Shown: piece by piece, positions 1 through 9,350 of the stretch
How the letters are laid out: each line of letters opens with the position of its first letter
Position numbering within the stretch: the first letter of the stretch is position 1
NCBI GenBank assembly: GCA_963712275.1
Contig: CAVQHD010000001.1
Location: 256,001-320,000 of the forward strand
Reading direction: 5' to 3'
DNA: 64,000 nucleotides
DNA from: an uncultured Rhabdochlamydiaceae bacterium
GTDB taxonomy: Bacteria; Chlamydiota; Chlamydiia; Chlamydiales; Rhabdochlamydiaceae
The notes under the pieces: model-generated
Databases searched by the model: none
The model's input: only the letters and a program-made list of their open reading frames with translations
Told to the model about the DNA's origin: nothing
Translations under genes and position numbers: made by a program

Positions 1-2943
1 CGGATGGCAGCAAATCTGCTTTAAGCGTGTGAGCGTTGCAAGAACATGGATTTGAACTCTGTCAAAGCCGTCCCTTTCGACTAACTTGACGAGTTCGCTT
101 CGAGCCGATTCTGCATACGATCGATAGAGCTGCTCTTGGGCATCAGAGAGTTGGCAGTGGTAGACGATTTCAGAAACAGGCGGCAGGTCGTCGAGGACAT
201 CGGCTTTCATCCTGCGCAAGATAAAGGGAGCCACCTTTTTTCGCAGATAGTTGAGGTTTTTACTTTGCTCTGCCCCTGATACTCGAAGATATTTCTCTAC
301 GAACCGATCAAAAGAGCTCAAAAAGCCTGGCATTAAGAAGTCAAACAAGCTCCACATCTCATCAAGTGAATTTTCAATGGGGGTTCCAGAGAGAATCAGT
401 CGGTGCTCGGCGCCGATTGCTTTCACTGACTTGGCATTTCTCGTCCCTCGGTTTTTAATATGCTGCGCTTCATCTAAGATAAAATATCCAAAGGAGCTTT
501 GCTTATAATATTCCACATCTTTTTGAAGGAGCGTATAGGAAGTGATGATCACGTCGTATTTACCCATATTTTCAATCATCTTCTTTCGAGCCGAAGGAAT
601 TCCATCGATTACAAAGACTTTGAGCTTAGGATCGAATTTTGAAAACTCCTCTTTCCAGTTATAGAGGAGAGACGTTGGGCAAACGATGAGGGCAAGCCCT
701 TTCTTTTTCTGACGGTATTGAGCAATTGCAACAATCGCTTGCAAGGTTTTTCCAAGCCCCATATCATCGGCTAAAATTCCATTCAGATACATTAAACGGA
801 GCCTTTCTAGCCAATTGATGCCTTCCTGTTGGTAGGGACGAAGCTTTGCCTTCACCTCTTCCGGAACGGGGGAGAAAGTTAAAGTTTTCTCACCAATCAT
901 TTGCTTCCGAATATCGACAAGCTGCTCAGAAATTGAAAAGGTAACTGGAAGGCCTTTGAACTGAGAAGCTTCAATATTTGCGAGATTCCACAGAGGCCTT
1001 TCAAGAACATGGTTATCGAGAATCTCAATTCCAAGTTCATCGAAAATCTGTACCAAAGATCCCATTTTTTCAAGGTCGAGAACCAAAATCTTTGGAATTT
1101 TTGCTCCCTCTCCTTTTTTGATACGTGTCCTGGGATTATCGAGCTCTAGATAGGCCCTTCGAGAAGCTAAACACTCCCAAAGAAGGTCCATTTTAACCCC
1201 TTTTAATGCTCCTTTAACTTCCAGTTCAATCCGATACATGTCAACTCGATCGGTGTGCATCAGATGAAGCTTATATTCCGTCTGGTCATAGATGAATTGA
1301 TCTAGAAGGTTTTGGGGGCAGTTGAACGTAACCCGGTGGTGCAGCCGTGGAATCACATCGGTCATGAATTCAACGATCTTTTTCTCCGACTTCGAAATAA
1401 AACTCCCTTCGTCGATATTAAAAATGAAGTCTTGGAAGAGCTCTTCCGTTAGCTTCCTTTCGTCGACTAAATTACGGGCGACAATGCCAGAGGGCGTCAC
1501 AAAAGAGGCAGTATGTTCGTAGGTCAGCTGAGCCGGCGCGATGGGGATTTTATTTTGATCATAGTGAAAATAAAGCTTCGCCTCTAGCTCGCCATCCATG
1601 TAGACAATATCGCATGTCGCTCTTGCAGGTTCCACATACGGAAGCGTGACAAATCCATTGATTGCTTCCGGATTTTCAATCGTTGCAAAATGGGCAAGTT
1701 GGGGCATCGCATTTTCAACAAAAGAGCCAAACAAAGGCTCAGGGATCGTTAAATCGAATAATGTCTTCAAATTCTTCAGATGAAGCCGTGTGATATAAGT
1801 AGGAAATCGGTAGTACGTGTTTTGCACGAGCATCCCTGGCTCTGCACAGGAGAGAAGCTTCACCTCATCCACGCCAACCTCTTTTTGATCCACTAAAAGG
1901 GCAGGACGGAGCAAAATTTTTGAAATCGGCGGTTTTAAATATTCAAGGATGAATTTAAGTCCCGCATGATGAGGAGAAAAACGGATCGGATTTTCAAGAG
2001 AGCTGTCAAAAAGAGTTGTTAATTCCGGAAGCCCTTCTTCCTGGGGATTAAACCCGCTTTCCGCATAAGGCTTGACCGCTTCTTCGAACGTCCTCGCAAG
2101 CATCACTCCAAATAGCTCTAAGTCAATCTGTGCAATCCGGTACCCTTTTTCCGTGACCGGCTGCTCTTGAAATCGAGCCTGCTGCATGACAAGTTCCATC
2201 AGCGCGCTCTGAAGCGGCGAAAACGACTTTAAAGAAAAACAGTACCGTTTGCTTCCAATAAAAAGAGGCTCTTCATAACGGAGAGCATCAAAAAATTTCT
2301 TTACATATAGAATATGAAGAGGCTTGGAGCGGGAAGGAAGCCTGAGTGCAATCTGCAGCTCAACCGCCTGCCTCCCATCCAGGTTTGCAGGAAGTTGGAA
2401 GACAAAGGCTGCCTCTGCCTGATCGATTTCATATTTCTCCTGCGGCCGAAAAAAAGGAGAGACGGCAAGCATTTCCGAGGAGAAAACATATTCTTGTAAA
2501 ACCTGCTTCTGATACATCTCTTCTTGCTTCTGCGATTGCTTCGACTCAGCTTCTTTGAATTTTTCAATGAGCGCGCTCCGCTCATCTTCATTGAGCTCAT
2601 GTTTTTCTGCAAGATCATCCAGACTATTTTCTTTGGAGTAGTTCACCATGATTTCATCAAGCCGCTCTTCCAAATAAAAAATCAGAGCAGCTAAATGTTG
2701 ACAGTCGTAGTTATACGGACAGTCGCAATCTGAGTCAATCGTTTCACATTCAACTCGGTCAATTTCAATCTCGCTTTCATAATGGTTCTCGTATTGACCT
2801 TGCACACGGCCACTAATGCGAACAACACGGTTATCTAAATGCAAAATTTTGGCCGAAACAACTTTTTGCTGTTCATACAGATCCTTCCCCTCTTTCACAA
2901 TCCCAGAAGCAAAATCTTGTCTCAGTTTTCTAAAATTAAGCAT
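1..2943 (-). CDS. SWIM zinc finger + SNF2-family helicase/ATPase (CT708-like), truncated at window start
   Basis: Not in the ORF track (no stop in window). Spot translation from ATG 2943: MLNFRKLRQDF..., SWIM motif CDCPYNYDCQH, motif I NGILADDMGLGKT, motif II ILDEAQHIKN. Confidence 0.9.
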   Translation of the reverse strand, partial: MLNFRKLRQDFASGIVKEGKDLYEQQKVVSAKILHLDNRVVRISGRVQGQYENHYESEIEIDRVECETIDSDCDCPYNYDCQHLAALIFYLEERLDEIMVNYSKENSLDDLAEKHELNEDERSALIEKFKEAESKQSQKQEEMYQKQVLQEYVFSSEMLAVSPFFRPQEKYEIDQAEAAFVFQLPANLDGRQAVELQIALRLPSRSKPLHILYVKKFFDALRYEEPLFIGSKRYCFSLKSFSPLQSALMELVMQQARFQEQPVTEKGYRIAQIDLELFGVMLARTFEEAVKPYAESGFNPQEEGLPELTTLFDSSLENPIRFSPHHAGLKFILEYLKPPISKILLRPALLVDQKEVGVDEVKLLSCAEPGMLVQNTYYRFPTYITRLHLKNLKTLFDLTIPEPLFGSFVENAMPQLAHFATIENPEAINGFVTLPYVEPARATCDIVYMDGELEAKLYFHYDQNKIPIAPAQLTYEHTASFVTPSGIVARNLVDERKLTEELFQDFIFNIDEGSFISKSEKKIVEFMTDVIPRLHHRVTFNCPQNLLDQFIYDQTEYKLHLMHTDRVDMYRIELEVKGALKGVKMDLLWECLASRRAYLELDNPRTRIKKGEGAKIPKILVLDLEKMGSLVQIFDELGIEILDNHVLERPLWNLANIEASQFKGLPVTFSISEQLVDIRKQMIGEKTLTFSPVPEEVKAKLRPYQQEGINWLERLRLMYLNGILADDMGLGKTLQAIVAIAQYRQKKKGLALIVCPTSLLYNWKEEFSKFDPKLKVFVIDGIPSARKKMIENMGKYDVIITSYTLLQKDVEYYKQSSFGYFILDEAQHIKNRGTRNAKSVKAIGAEHRLILSGTPIENSLDEMWSLFDFLMPGFLSSFDRFVEKYLRVSGAEQSKNLNYLRKKVAPFILRRMKADVLDDLPPVSEIVYHCQLSDAQEQLYRSYAESARSELVKLVERDGFDRVQIHVLATLTRLKQICCHP

Positions 2944-3143
2944 TTGAAAAACCTTTTCGTTTTATTATTTAAAACCCTTGGATCTTGTAGGATAAACCCA
3001 CCGTGTAGAACCTGTGTTTTACTCTTTTCCAAAAAGTCGTGCAACAAAAATATTTATTTCTTTGCAAGTGTAAAAATATGATTAAAATTTGATGAGCTTA
3101 GAGGAAAGGAAGATTCTGGAAAAGACTCAAAAAAAAATTGCAA

Positions 3144-3389
3144 CTACTCACCTATCCCCATATTAGAGGAAAAAAGATCGGGCAAGGGAACGGGCACGGT
3201 AACGTTCACGAAAGAAAAGGCCGAAGACTATGTCTGGTACAAGAAGCGCAATATAGCAAGGGGCTGAATTGCTGATACGCCCCGCCTCGATGTTAGAGAA
3301 AATGGCTCAGGGGGCTTCTTTCATGAACGTTACCGTGCCCGTTCCCTTGCCCGGTCTTTTTTCCTCTAATTATGAGGGTAGGTGAGTAG
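3144..3389. mobile_element. Palindromic MITE-like element, about 73-bp terminal inverted repeats around an about 100-bp spacer (family B)
   Basis: CTACTCACCTAtccccATATTAGAGGAAAAAAGATCGGGCAAGGGAACGGGCACGGTAACGTTCACGAAAGAA pairs near-perfectly with about 3317-3389. Confidence 0.8.
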
Positions 3390-3443
3390 GTTCTTTTTAA
3401 AAGGTGTCTATGGTATCATGATTTCTCAAAATCAAGATTAATC

Positions 3444-4415
3444 ATGGGCCTAGATCATTTAGTCAGGTGGTATCCTTTTCCCGCATTAAAAGCAAATCAG
3501 CTTCATGTGGATGATATCACAATTAAACTAAGAACTGGAATACTTGCTATCGCAGCTGTGGCTCTCAGTCTTCCAGCTTTGCTGACTCGCTTTTCATCCC
3601 CTCGGTTTGTTTCCCTGTTTAAAGTAGGAAAATGGTTAGGCCTTGCTGCCTTTTTCTGGAGATATTTCGACAGGTGGATCGCAGACAAAATCGCAGACCA
3701 AAATGCCCTTAGCTTTTTCATAAACCAACCTTTTTCCACAGAAGACTTCTATCTTACCTCAGCCTGCCGCCGCATTGCCTACGATCAACTTTTGTGTCAA
3801 AAACTGATAGAGGGTTGGCAGAAAAACCCAATTCTTTTTCAGAACCCCCAAGGAACTCAATTACTTCTTGCCTTTCTTGAAAAGAATTATCAAGAAAACT
3901 ACCTGGATTCTCTTAGTAACCTGACCGAGGTAGGAGCTCCTGTCACTTCACTAGTGGTATTTTCTGCGATTACTCATCGCCACCGCTCTTACTTAAAATA
4001 TGTTCTTGAAAAAAACAAACTCCCTCCCATTTCAAATGACCATCAAATGCTTTTATGGGCGATGGCCGATACGCAAGAGTTTATTACACTGCTAAAAAAT
4101 ACCCCATCACTCGATATCAATATGCGCTCTCGTGACGGTACCCAGACACCTTTAATCTTGCTTGCTAGAGAGGCATCTTGTATTTTGCCTCAAAAAGATC
4201 AGCACGGAGCTCCTACCCAGCTTCTTTTAAAAATTGGCCGCATGGATCTTCTTTTAAAGCATGGAGCAACTCCATCCCTAAATGACCTTCATGGCAAGTC
4301 TATGATTTCCATCAAACGCGACTCCCCTCTAGGGCAGTACTTAAAGAGAGCTATCAACACCTCTGCAGTTGAGCTTTTAAAAACCGCTTTAGAACCGCTT
4401 CCATCCCCGACTTAA
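3444..4415 (+). CDS. Hypothetical protein with N-terminal hydrophobic segments and degenerate ankyrin-like repeats
   Basis: 323-aa ORF; DINMRSRDGTQTPLILLA and LLLKHGATPSLNDLHGKS resemble ankyrin repeats. Confidence 0.6.
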   Translation: MGLDHLVRWYPFPALKANQLHVDDITIKLRTGILAIAAVALSLPALLTRFSSPRFVSLFKVGKWLGLAAFFWRYFDRWIADKIADQNALSFFINQPFSTEDFYLTSACRRIAYDQLLCQKLIEGWQKNPILFQNPQGTQLLLAFLEKNYQENYLDSLSNLTEVGAPVTSLVVFSAITHRHRSYLKYVLEKNKLPPISNDHQMLLWAMADTQEFITLLKNTPSLDINMRSRDGTQTPLILLAREASCILPQKDQHGAPTQLLLKIGRMDLLLKHGATPSLNDLHGKSMISIKRDSPLGQYLKRAINTSAVELLKTALEPLPSPT

Positions 4416-4478
4416 AAGCAATTCAGCTCTTAAAAAATCATTTACCCCCTCTACTCTCGATACTGCACTAGCGAGGTG

Positions 4479-4508
4479 TTGCTGAAAAAGTTCTCTTGTC
4501 TCTATACT
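4479..4508 (+). promoter_or_regulatory. Putative sigma66/sigma70 promoter for tRNA-Gly
   Basis: TTGCTG-N18-TATACT about 56 nt upstream of the tRNA. Confidence 0.4.
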
Positions 4509-4564
4509 GTTTTCCCAAGTGGGTGCAACTGAGGTCTGTAGAACCTAGTCTTGCGTGCCCATGT

Positions 4565-4636
4565 GCGGGTGTAGCTCAGTGGTAGAGCATCACGTTGCCA
4601 ACGTGAGGGTCGTGAGTTCAAGCCTCATCACCCGCT
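4565..4636 (+). tRNA. tRNA-Gly(GCC)
   Basis: Acceptor stem GCGGGTG/CACCCGC, D-arm AGCTCAGTGGTAGAGC, anticodon arm TCACG-TTGCCAA-CGTGA, T-loop GTTCAAG; CCA not encoded. Confidence 0.97.
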
Positions 4637-4648
4637 TACCTATTTAAG

Positions 4649-4819
4649 GAGGTAGTTGCAAAACTCAGGTTCAGTCGATTTTCGGGTTCTTTTGAACCGA
4701 TTTTCGATCCAAATTGCGGGGGTAATATCGACTTTCAGTATATTACCCCCGCAATTTGGATCGAAAATCGGTCAAAATAATCCCGAAAATCGACGAACCC
4801 TGAGTTTTGCAGCTACCTC
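4649..4819. mobile_element. 171-bp palindromic MITE-like element (family A)
   Basis: GAGGTAGTTGCAAAACTCAGG...GGGGGTAATAT-loop-ATATTACCCCC...CCTGAGTTTTGCAGCTACCTC; core homologous to 47975-48144 and 55617-55786. Confidence 0.85.
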
Positions 4820-4831
4820 ATAAGGATATCC

Positions 4832-6169
4832 ATGGAACAAAAAGCGATGACTGAAATTGCTCCCTTAGAATTTTCAAGCGAGCTTGTTAAAATTAAGGCT
4901 CATTTCAAACCTGCCTGTAAAGTTGAACTGGAAGTCGAAGCAGCCCCCTCAATTGTAAAAGAGGCTCGGGAAAATGCTGTCAAACGTGTGGGAAAAGAAG
5001 TCACCTTTGCAGGATTTCGTAAGGGGAAAGCTCCTGCCGCTCTCATTGAAAAAAACTACTCTACTGAGGTCGATTCAGAGCTGCAAAAAATGCTTTCTGA
5101 TCTCACCTTTCAAGAATGCATGAAGGTTTGTAAAATCCCTATTTTGAACAATGAGCTTAAAATTGGATATAATGTTAAAAGCCACTCTGTGCAAGAGGGT
5201 GCAAAACTGATTTTGTTTTTTGAAACAGAACCGACGATCCCAACGATTGATCCAAGTGCCATTTCCTTAAAAATAGTTGAGCGCCCCTTAGTCAATGCAG
5301 ATAAGGTGGAAGAGACCATTCGACAGGTCCAACTTTTTTTTGCTCACTGGAAAAAAGTTGAAGACCGGCCCATTCAAGAACAGGACTTTGTGCTTCTAGA
5401 CGTCGATATCATCGAAGAAGACCCTCCAATCCCTCTCTTCTCTAAGGTCCGGTTTGAAGTAACCGATCGATCGATGGCCCAGTGGACGAAAAACCTCGTT
5501 CTCGGCCATCAAAAAGGGGAGGTCTTAGAAGGGATCAGCATTCCAGATGAAGATGCAAAAGAGCAAGATAAGCAGCAGCTCAAGCCTAAAAAAGTGCGTG
5601 TCACCATCCATGAGGTCGAAACAGCGACACTCCCTGAGCTGACAGATGGGTTTGCCCAAAAAATGGGTGTTTCTTCTATAGAAGAGATGCGCACCCATAT
5701 TGAAAAGCTCTTGAATCAAAAAGCAGATGCTCACGTTCAAGAAAAATTGCGCGAAGAGGTCTCCGATATTCTTCTGAATAACTATTCGTTTGACATCCCC
5801 GGCAGTTTAATTGACCGAGAGGTCCGGTTTCGGATGATACAGCTTCTTCAAGATACCGACTACGCCCAGCACTGGAATAATATGACAAATGAAGCAAAAA
5901 AACGGACGGTCGGCGCCATTGCAGAGCAGTCTGAAAAAGCGGTCCGAATGTTTTATCTCTGTCGTAAGATTTTGGCAGACGCAAAGGTTTCTATTTCACC
6001 TAGCGATATCCCTAAAGTCATCGATACTCCCCTCGATATGCTTCTTGGAGAGCGTCGAGATGTCCATCCCCAAGGATCAACCGAGGTGCATCAAGCAGAA
6101 GCCTTCTCTCGGCTCCTTCTTGAAAAGGCCGAAGACTACATTATTGCTCATGCTAAAACAGCTTCTTAG
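4832..6169 (+). CDS. tig: Trigger factor
   Basis: Ribosome-binding motif GFRKGKAP; 445 aa; upstream of clpP-clpX. Confidence 0.95.
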   Translation: MEQKAMTEIAPLEFSSELVKIKAHFKPACKVELEVEAAPSIVKEARENAVKRVGKEVTFAGFRKGKAPAALIEKNYSTEVDSELQKMLSDLTFQECMKVCKIPILNNELKIGYNVKSHSVQEGAKLILFFETEPTIPTIDPSAISLKIVERPLVNADKVEETIRQVQLFFAHWKKVEDRPIQEQDFVLLDVDIIEEDPPIPLFSKVRFEVTDRSMAQWTKNLVLGHQKGEVLEGISIPDEDAKEQDKQQLKPKKVRVTIHEVETATLPELTDGFAQKMGVSSIEEMRTHIEKLLNQKADAHVQEKLREEVSDILLNNYSFDIPGSLIDREVRFRMIQLLQDTDYAQHWNNMTNEAKKRTVGAIAEQSEKAVRMFYLCRKILADAKVSISPSDIPKVIDTPLDMLLGERRDVHPQGSTEVHQAEAFSRLLLEKAEDYIIAHAKTAS

Positions 6170-6942
6170 ATGAGCGTCGGAGCGATATCTCTATATGTTT
6201 CTAGCATATGCGCATTCCATCCTTTTGCCCCAAGCATTAGTTTAACAGGTAAGGCTAACATCTTATTAGTGGTTAAGTAAGGATAATGGTTCTCTGCAAC
6301 GTTACTTCGATAAAAATGAGAAGCATCAGGGTTAAACTCTATTTTTCTTCCCACATGATAAAAACCAACTTTCTCAAAAAGAGGCGGTAGAAAATCTCCT
6401 TGAGCGACAAAAGACAGATGGTTTTCTTTTCCTATGAGCGTGGTATAGTTTTGCGCGCCATTTTCGTCAAAAATGGCCATTGGACTATAAGTTAGAACAG
6501 AGATTGAAGATGTTGGGAATTTTTTTCTCATAAAAGCTGCAATCAATGCAGCAATGCCTGTTCCTCGGCTATGTCCTTCTATAATGAAGTTTTCTAATTG
6601 CCCTTCAGAAAGGCACTCTTGAACTTTACTCAAAACCTCCTTACGAATTTTCTGAAAACTGTGGTTAATTCCCCGATGAACTTGTCCTTTAAAGCCCACA
6701 TGCCTAAGGGAATCTGTCATAATGTCTCCACATTCAATCACTTCCCACGTATTGTTCCGATTTCCTCGAAAAGAGACCGCCACTTTTTCTGCGACTGCCG
6801 TCACACTTCCAATAGGGACATTTTCCTCATTAATCGGAAGTCTTCCATAATCTCCATCAAACACCCTCTGTACCCTTCCAATACTTTCGGCAATATCTTT
6901 TGAAGTAAATTCTCGTTGAGTAAAATTTGTGCTGATTGCCAT
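6166..6942 (-). CDS. Class 3 lipase-like alpha/beta hydrolase
   Basis: VSFRG, GQVHRG, nucleophile elbow GHSRG, GDFLP, C-terminal AH. Start ATG 6942 follows AGGAGG; the ORF-track start overlaps clpP. Confidence 0.8.
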   Translation of the reverse strand: MAISTNFTQREFTSKDIAESIGRVQRVFDGDYGRLPINEENVPIGSVTAVAEKVAVSFRGNRNNTWEVIECGDIMTDSLRHVGFKGQVHRGINHSFQKIRKEVLSKVQECLSEGQLENFIIEGHSRGTGIAALIAAFMRKKFPTSSISVLTYSPMAIFDENGAQNYTTLIGKENHLSFVAQGDFLPPLFEKVGFYHVGRKIEFNPDASHFYRSNVAENHYPYLTTNKMLALPVKLMLGAKGWNAHMLETYRDIAPTLI

Positions 6943-7046
6943 ACAAACCTCCTTTTTCCTATGGCCTGCTCCCGACCGAAGAACTCCTTGATCGACAATA
7001 GGCCATTTTAGTATAACATGGATCATTACATTGAAAAAGGACGAAT

Positions 7047-7646
7047 ATGTACCAAGTTCCTTATGTCGTTGAAGATACAGGCCGTGGCGAGAGAGCCATG
7101 GATATTTACTCACGGCTTTTAAAAGATCGGATTGTCTTCATTGGAACAGAAATCAACGATGCTGTTGCCAATACCGTCATTGCTCAAATGCTTTTTTTAC
7201 GAGCGGAAGATCCTAAAAAAGATATTAGCATCTATATCAATTCACCCGGTGGATATATCTCTTCTGCGCTGGCAATTTACGATACGATGAAGTTCATGGG
7301 ATACGACATCAATACCTATTGCATTGGTCAGGCAGCTTCAATGGGAGCGCTTCTTTTGGCTGCTGGTAGCAAGGGAAAACGGTTCGCTCTTCCCACAAGT
7401 CAAATCATGATTCACCAACCGATGGGAGGAGCAGGTGGGACCGCTGCCGACATTCATCTACAAGTTCAACAAATCCTCTATCTTAAAAAGATGTGCGCAA
7501 AAATTTTAAGCGTTTCAACTGGCAAAACAGTTGAGCAGATTACCGCAGATTTCGATCGAGATTTCTTCATGACTCCTGAGGAAGCTCTTACCTACGGTCT
7601 AATTGACAAAATTGCCAACCAACCTCAAAAGCCGCCTAATGTCTGA
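7047..7646 (+). CDS. clpP: ATP-dependent Clp protease proteolytic subunit (ClpP2-type)
   Basis: [29 protein letters not shown]; adjacent to clpX. Confidence 0.97.
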   Translation: MYQVPYVVEDTGRGERAMDIYSRLLKDRIVFIGTEINDAVANTVIAQMLFLRAEDPKKDISIYINSPGGYISSALAIYDTMKFMGYDINTYCIGQAASMGALLLAAGSKGKRFALPTSQIMIHQPMGGAGGTAADIHLQVQQILYLKKMCAKILSVSTGKTVEQITADFDRDFFMTPEEALTYGLIDKIANQPQKPPNV

Positions 7647-8862
7647 ACAAAAAAAAGAACGGCAACCGGCAACTTGTTCCTTTTGTGGTCGGTCTGAAGA
7701 GGCTGTCGAAAAATTGATTTCCGGACCCCAAGCGTTTATCTGCGACAAATGTGCCCGCCTATGCATGGATATCATCGACAAAAAGCCGGTCCATCATGAG
7801 CTGCGCCTCTTAAAGCCCAAAGAAATCAGGCAGCGGCTTGATGAATATGTCATTGGTCAAGAGAAAGCCAAAATCACGATTTCTGTTGCCGTCTATAACC
7901 ATTACAAGAGAATCCGATCTCTGAGCAAGGAGATGGATGTCGCCTATAATAAATCGAATGTGCTTCTCTTGGGCCCCACAGGCTCTGGGAAGACCCTGAT
8001 TGCCCGAACGCTTGCCCAAATTTTGGATGTCCCCTTTGCCATTGCCGATGCAACCACCCTTACAGAGGCCGGCTATGTAGGAGAAGATGTAGAAAATATC
8101 ATCCTTCGCCTTCTTCAAGCTGCTGATTATGACGTCGCCCGCGCCGAAGTGGGAATCATCTATGTTGACGAGATCGATAAAATCCGTAAAACAACAGGCA
8201 ACGTCTCCATTACACGGGATGTTTCTGGCGAAGGAGTGCAACAAGCCCTTCTGAAAATTGTCGAAGGCACCATCTCTAATGTTCCTCCCAAGGGAGGGAG
8301 AAAACACCCTAATCAAGAGTATATCAAGGTCAATACTGAAAATATCCTCTTTATCGTGGGAGGCGCTTTTGTCCATCTCGATAAAATCATTGCCAAAAGG
8401 TTGGGCCGCAGCACGATAGGATTTAGCGCAGATGAGACGCATGTCTTTAATGCCCACGAAACAAATTACCTTCTTTCCAAAGTTGAACCTGAAGATTTAA
8501 TCCAATTTGGAATGATTCCAGAATTTGTCGGCAGATTTAATAGCATTGCCAACTGTAATGAGCTGACAATTGACGATCTCGTCGAGATTTTAGAAAAGCC
8601 AAAGAACGCCATCCTCAAACAATACAAACAACTGTTTGCCGAAGAAGATGTTGTCCTTCACTTCACTCCCGATTCTCTCCGCGCCATGGGCGAGCGCGCA
8701 AAAGCCACCGGTACCGGAGCCAGGGCGCTTCGAATGATCGTTGAAAGCCTTCTTCTCCAACTGATGTACGAAGTTCCCTCCGATCCCACCATCCGCGAAA
8801 TCACCATCACGAAAGAATGCATCATAGGCGATGAAAAGCCTCAAGTCAAGCGTTTAGCTTAA
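7639..8862 (+). CDS. clpX: ATP-dependent Clp protease ATPase subunit ClpX
   Basis: CSFC...ICDKC zinc finger, [25 protein letters not shown] loop. Confidence 0.98.
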   Translation: MSEQKKERQPATCSFCGRSEEAVEKLISGPQAFICDKCARLCMDIIDKKPVHHELRLLKPKEIRQRLDEYVIGQEKAKITISVAVYNHYKRIRSLSKEMDVAYNKSNVLLLGPTGSGKTLIARTLAQILDVPFAIADATTLTEAGYVGEDVENIILRLLQAADYDVARAEVGIIYVDEIDKIRKTTGNVSITRDVSGEGVQQALLKIVEGTISNVPPKGGRKHPNQEYIKVNTENILFIVGGAFVHLDKIIAKRLGRSTIGFSADETHVFNAHETNYLLSKVEPEDLIQFGMIPEFVGRFNSIANCNELTIDDLVEILEKPKNAILKQYKQLFAEEDVVLHFTPDSLRAMGERAKATGTGARALRMIVESLLLQLMYEVPSDPTIREITITKECIIGDEKPQVKRLA

Positions 8863-8904
8863 AATGCGAGCTCCCCCAAACAATTGTCATATTTCTTTTT
8901 TTAA

Positions 8905-8933
8905 TTGCATTTTTTCTGTCTCAGCACTAAAGT
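8905..8933 (+). promoter_or_regulatory. Putative sigma66 promoter of the T3SS operon
   Basis: TTGCAT-N17-TAAAGT 20 nt upstream of the first T3SS gene. Confidence 0.45.
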
Positions 8934-8953
8934 GATGGGCAGGAAGAGGGCAA

Positions 8954-9349
8954 ATGATCGAGAAGCACCTGACTCAATTGTTCGAAGAATTTAAACTGGG
9001 AAGTCCACCTGTTTTTGAAAAAGATGGGATGGCAAAGATGCAGTTCGCATCATTTCCAATTGAACTAAAAAAACTGGATGAGAGCGTTTATCTTTCGGCG
9101 CTTATTGCGCCGCTTCCACAGCATGATACAGAAGAGTTTCTTCTCACCGTTATGAAAGCGAATTTCTTGGGGCAAGGAACAGGGGGAGCAGCTCTCGGTC
9201 TCAAGGAGGATGAAAGTTTCTTGACACTCTCTTTGAATTTACCGTATGAGGTAAATTACAATACTTTTAAGGATACGCTCGAAGAGTTTGTCAATTATAT
9301 CGACTACTGGAAAACCGAAACAGCTCGACACGTGGATAAATTAAAATAA
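8954..9349 (+). CDS. scc4: CesT-type T3SS chaperone (CT663/Scc4-like)
   Basis: 131 aa, acidic, ANFLGQGTGG motif, C-terminal FVNYIDYW helix; first gene before cdsD. Confidence 0.8.
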   Translation: MIEKHLTQLFEEFKLGSPPVFEKDGMAKMQFASFPIELKKLDESVYLSALIAPLPQHDTEEFLLTVMKANFLGQGTGGAALGLKEDESFLTLSLNLPYEVNYNTFKDTLEEFVNYIDYWKTETARHVDKLK

Positions 9350-9350
9350 C

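Noticed and set aside
7810..8457. 215-aa antisense ORF within clpX (likewise 12359-12811, 18766-19230, 62107-62625 and other shadow ORFs)
   Set aside because: They overlap well-supported genes and have no recognisable motifs.
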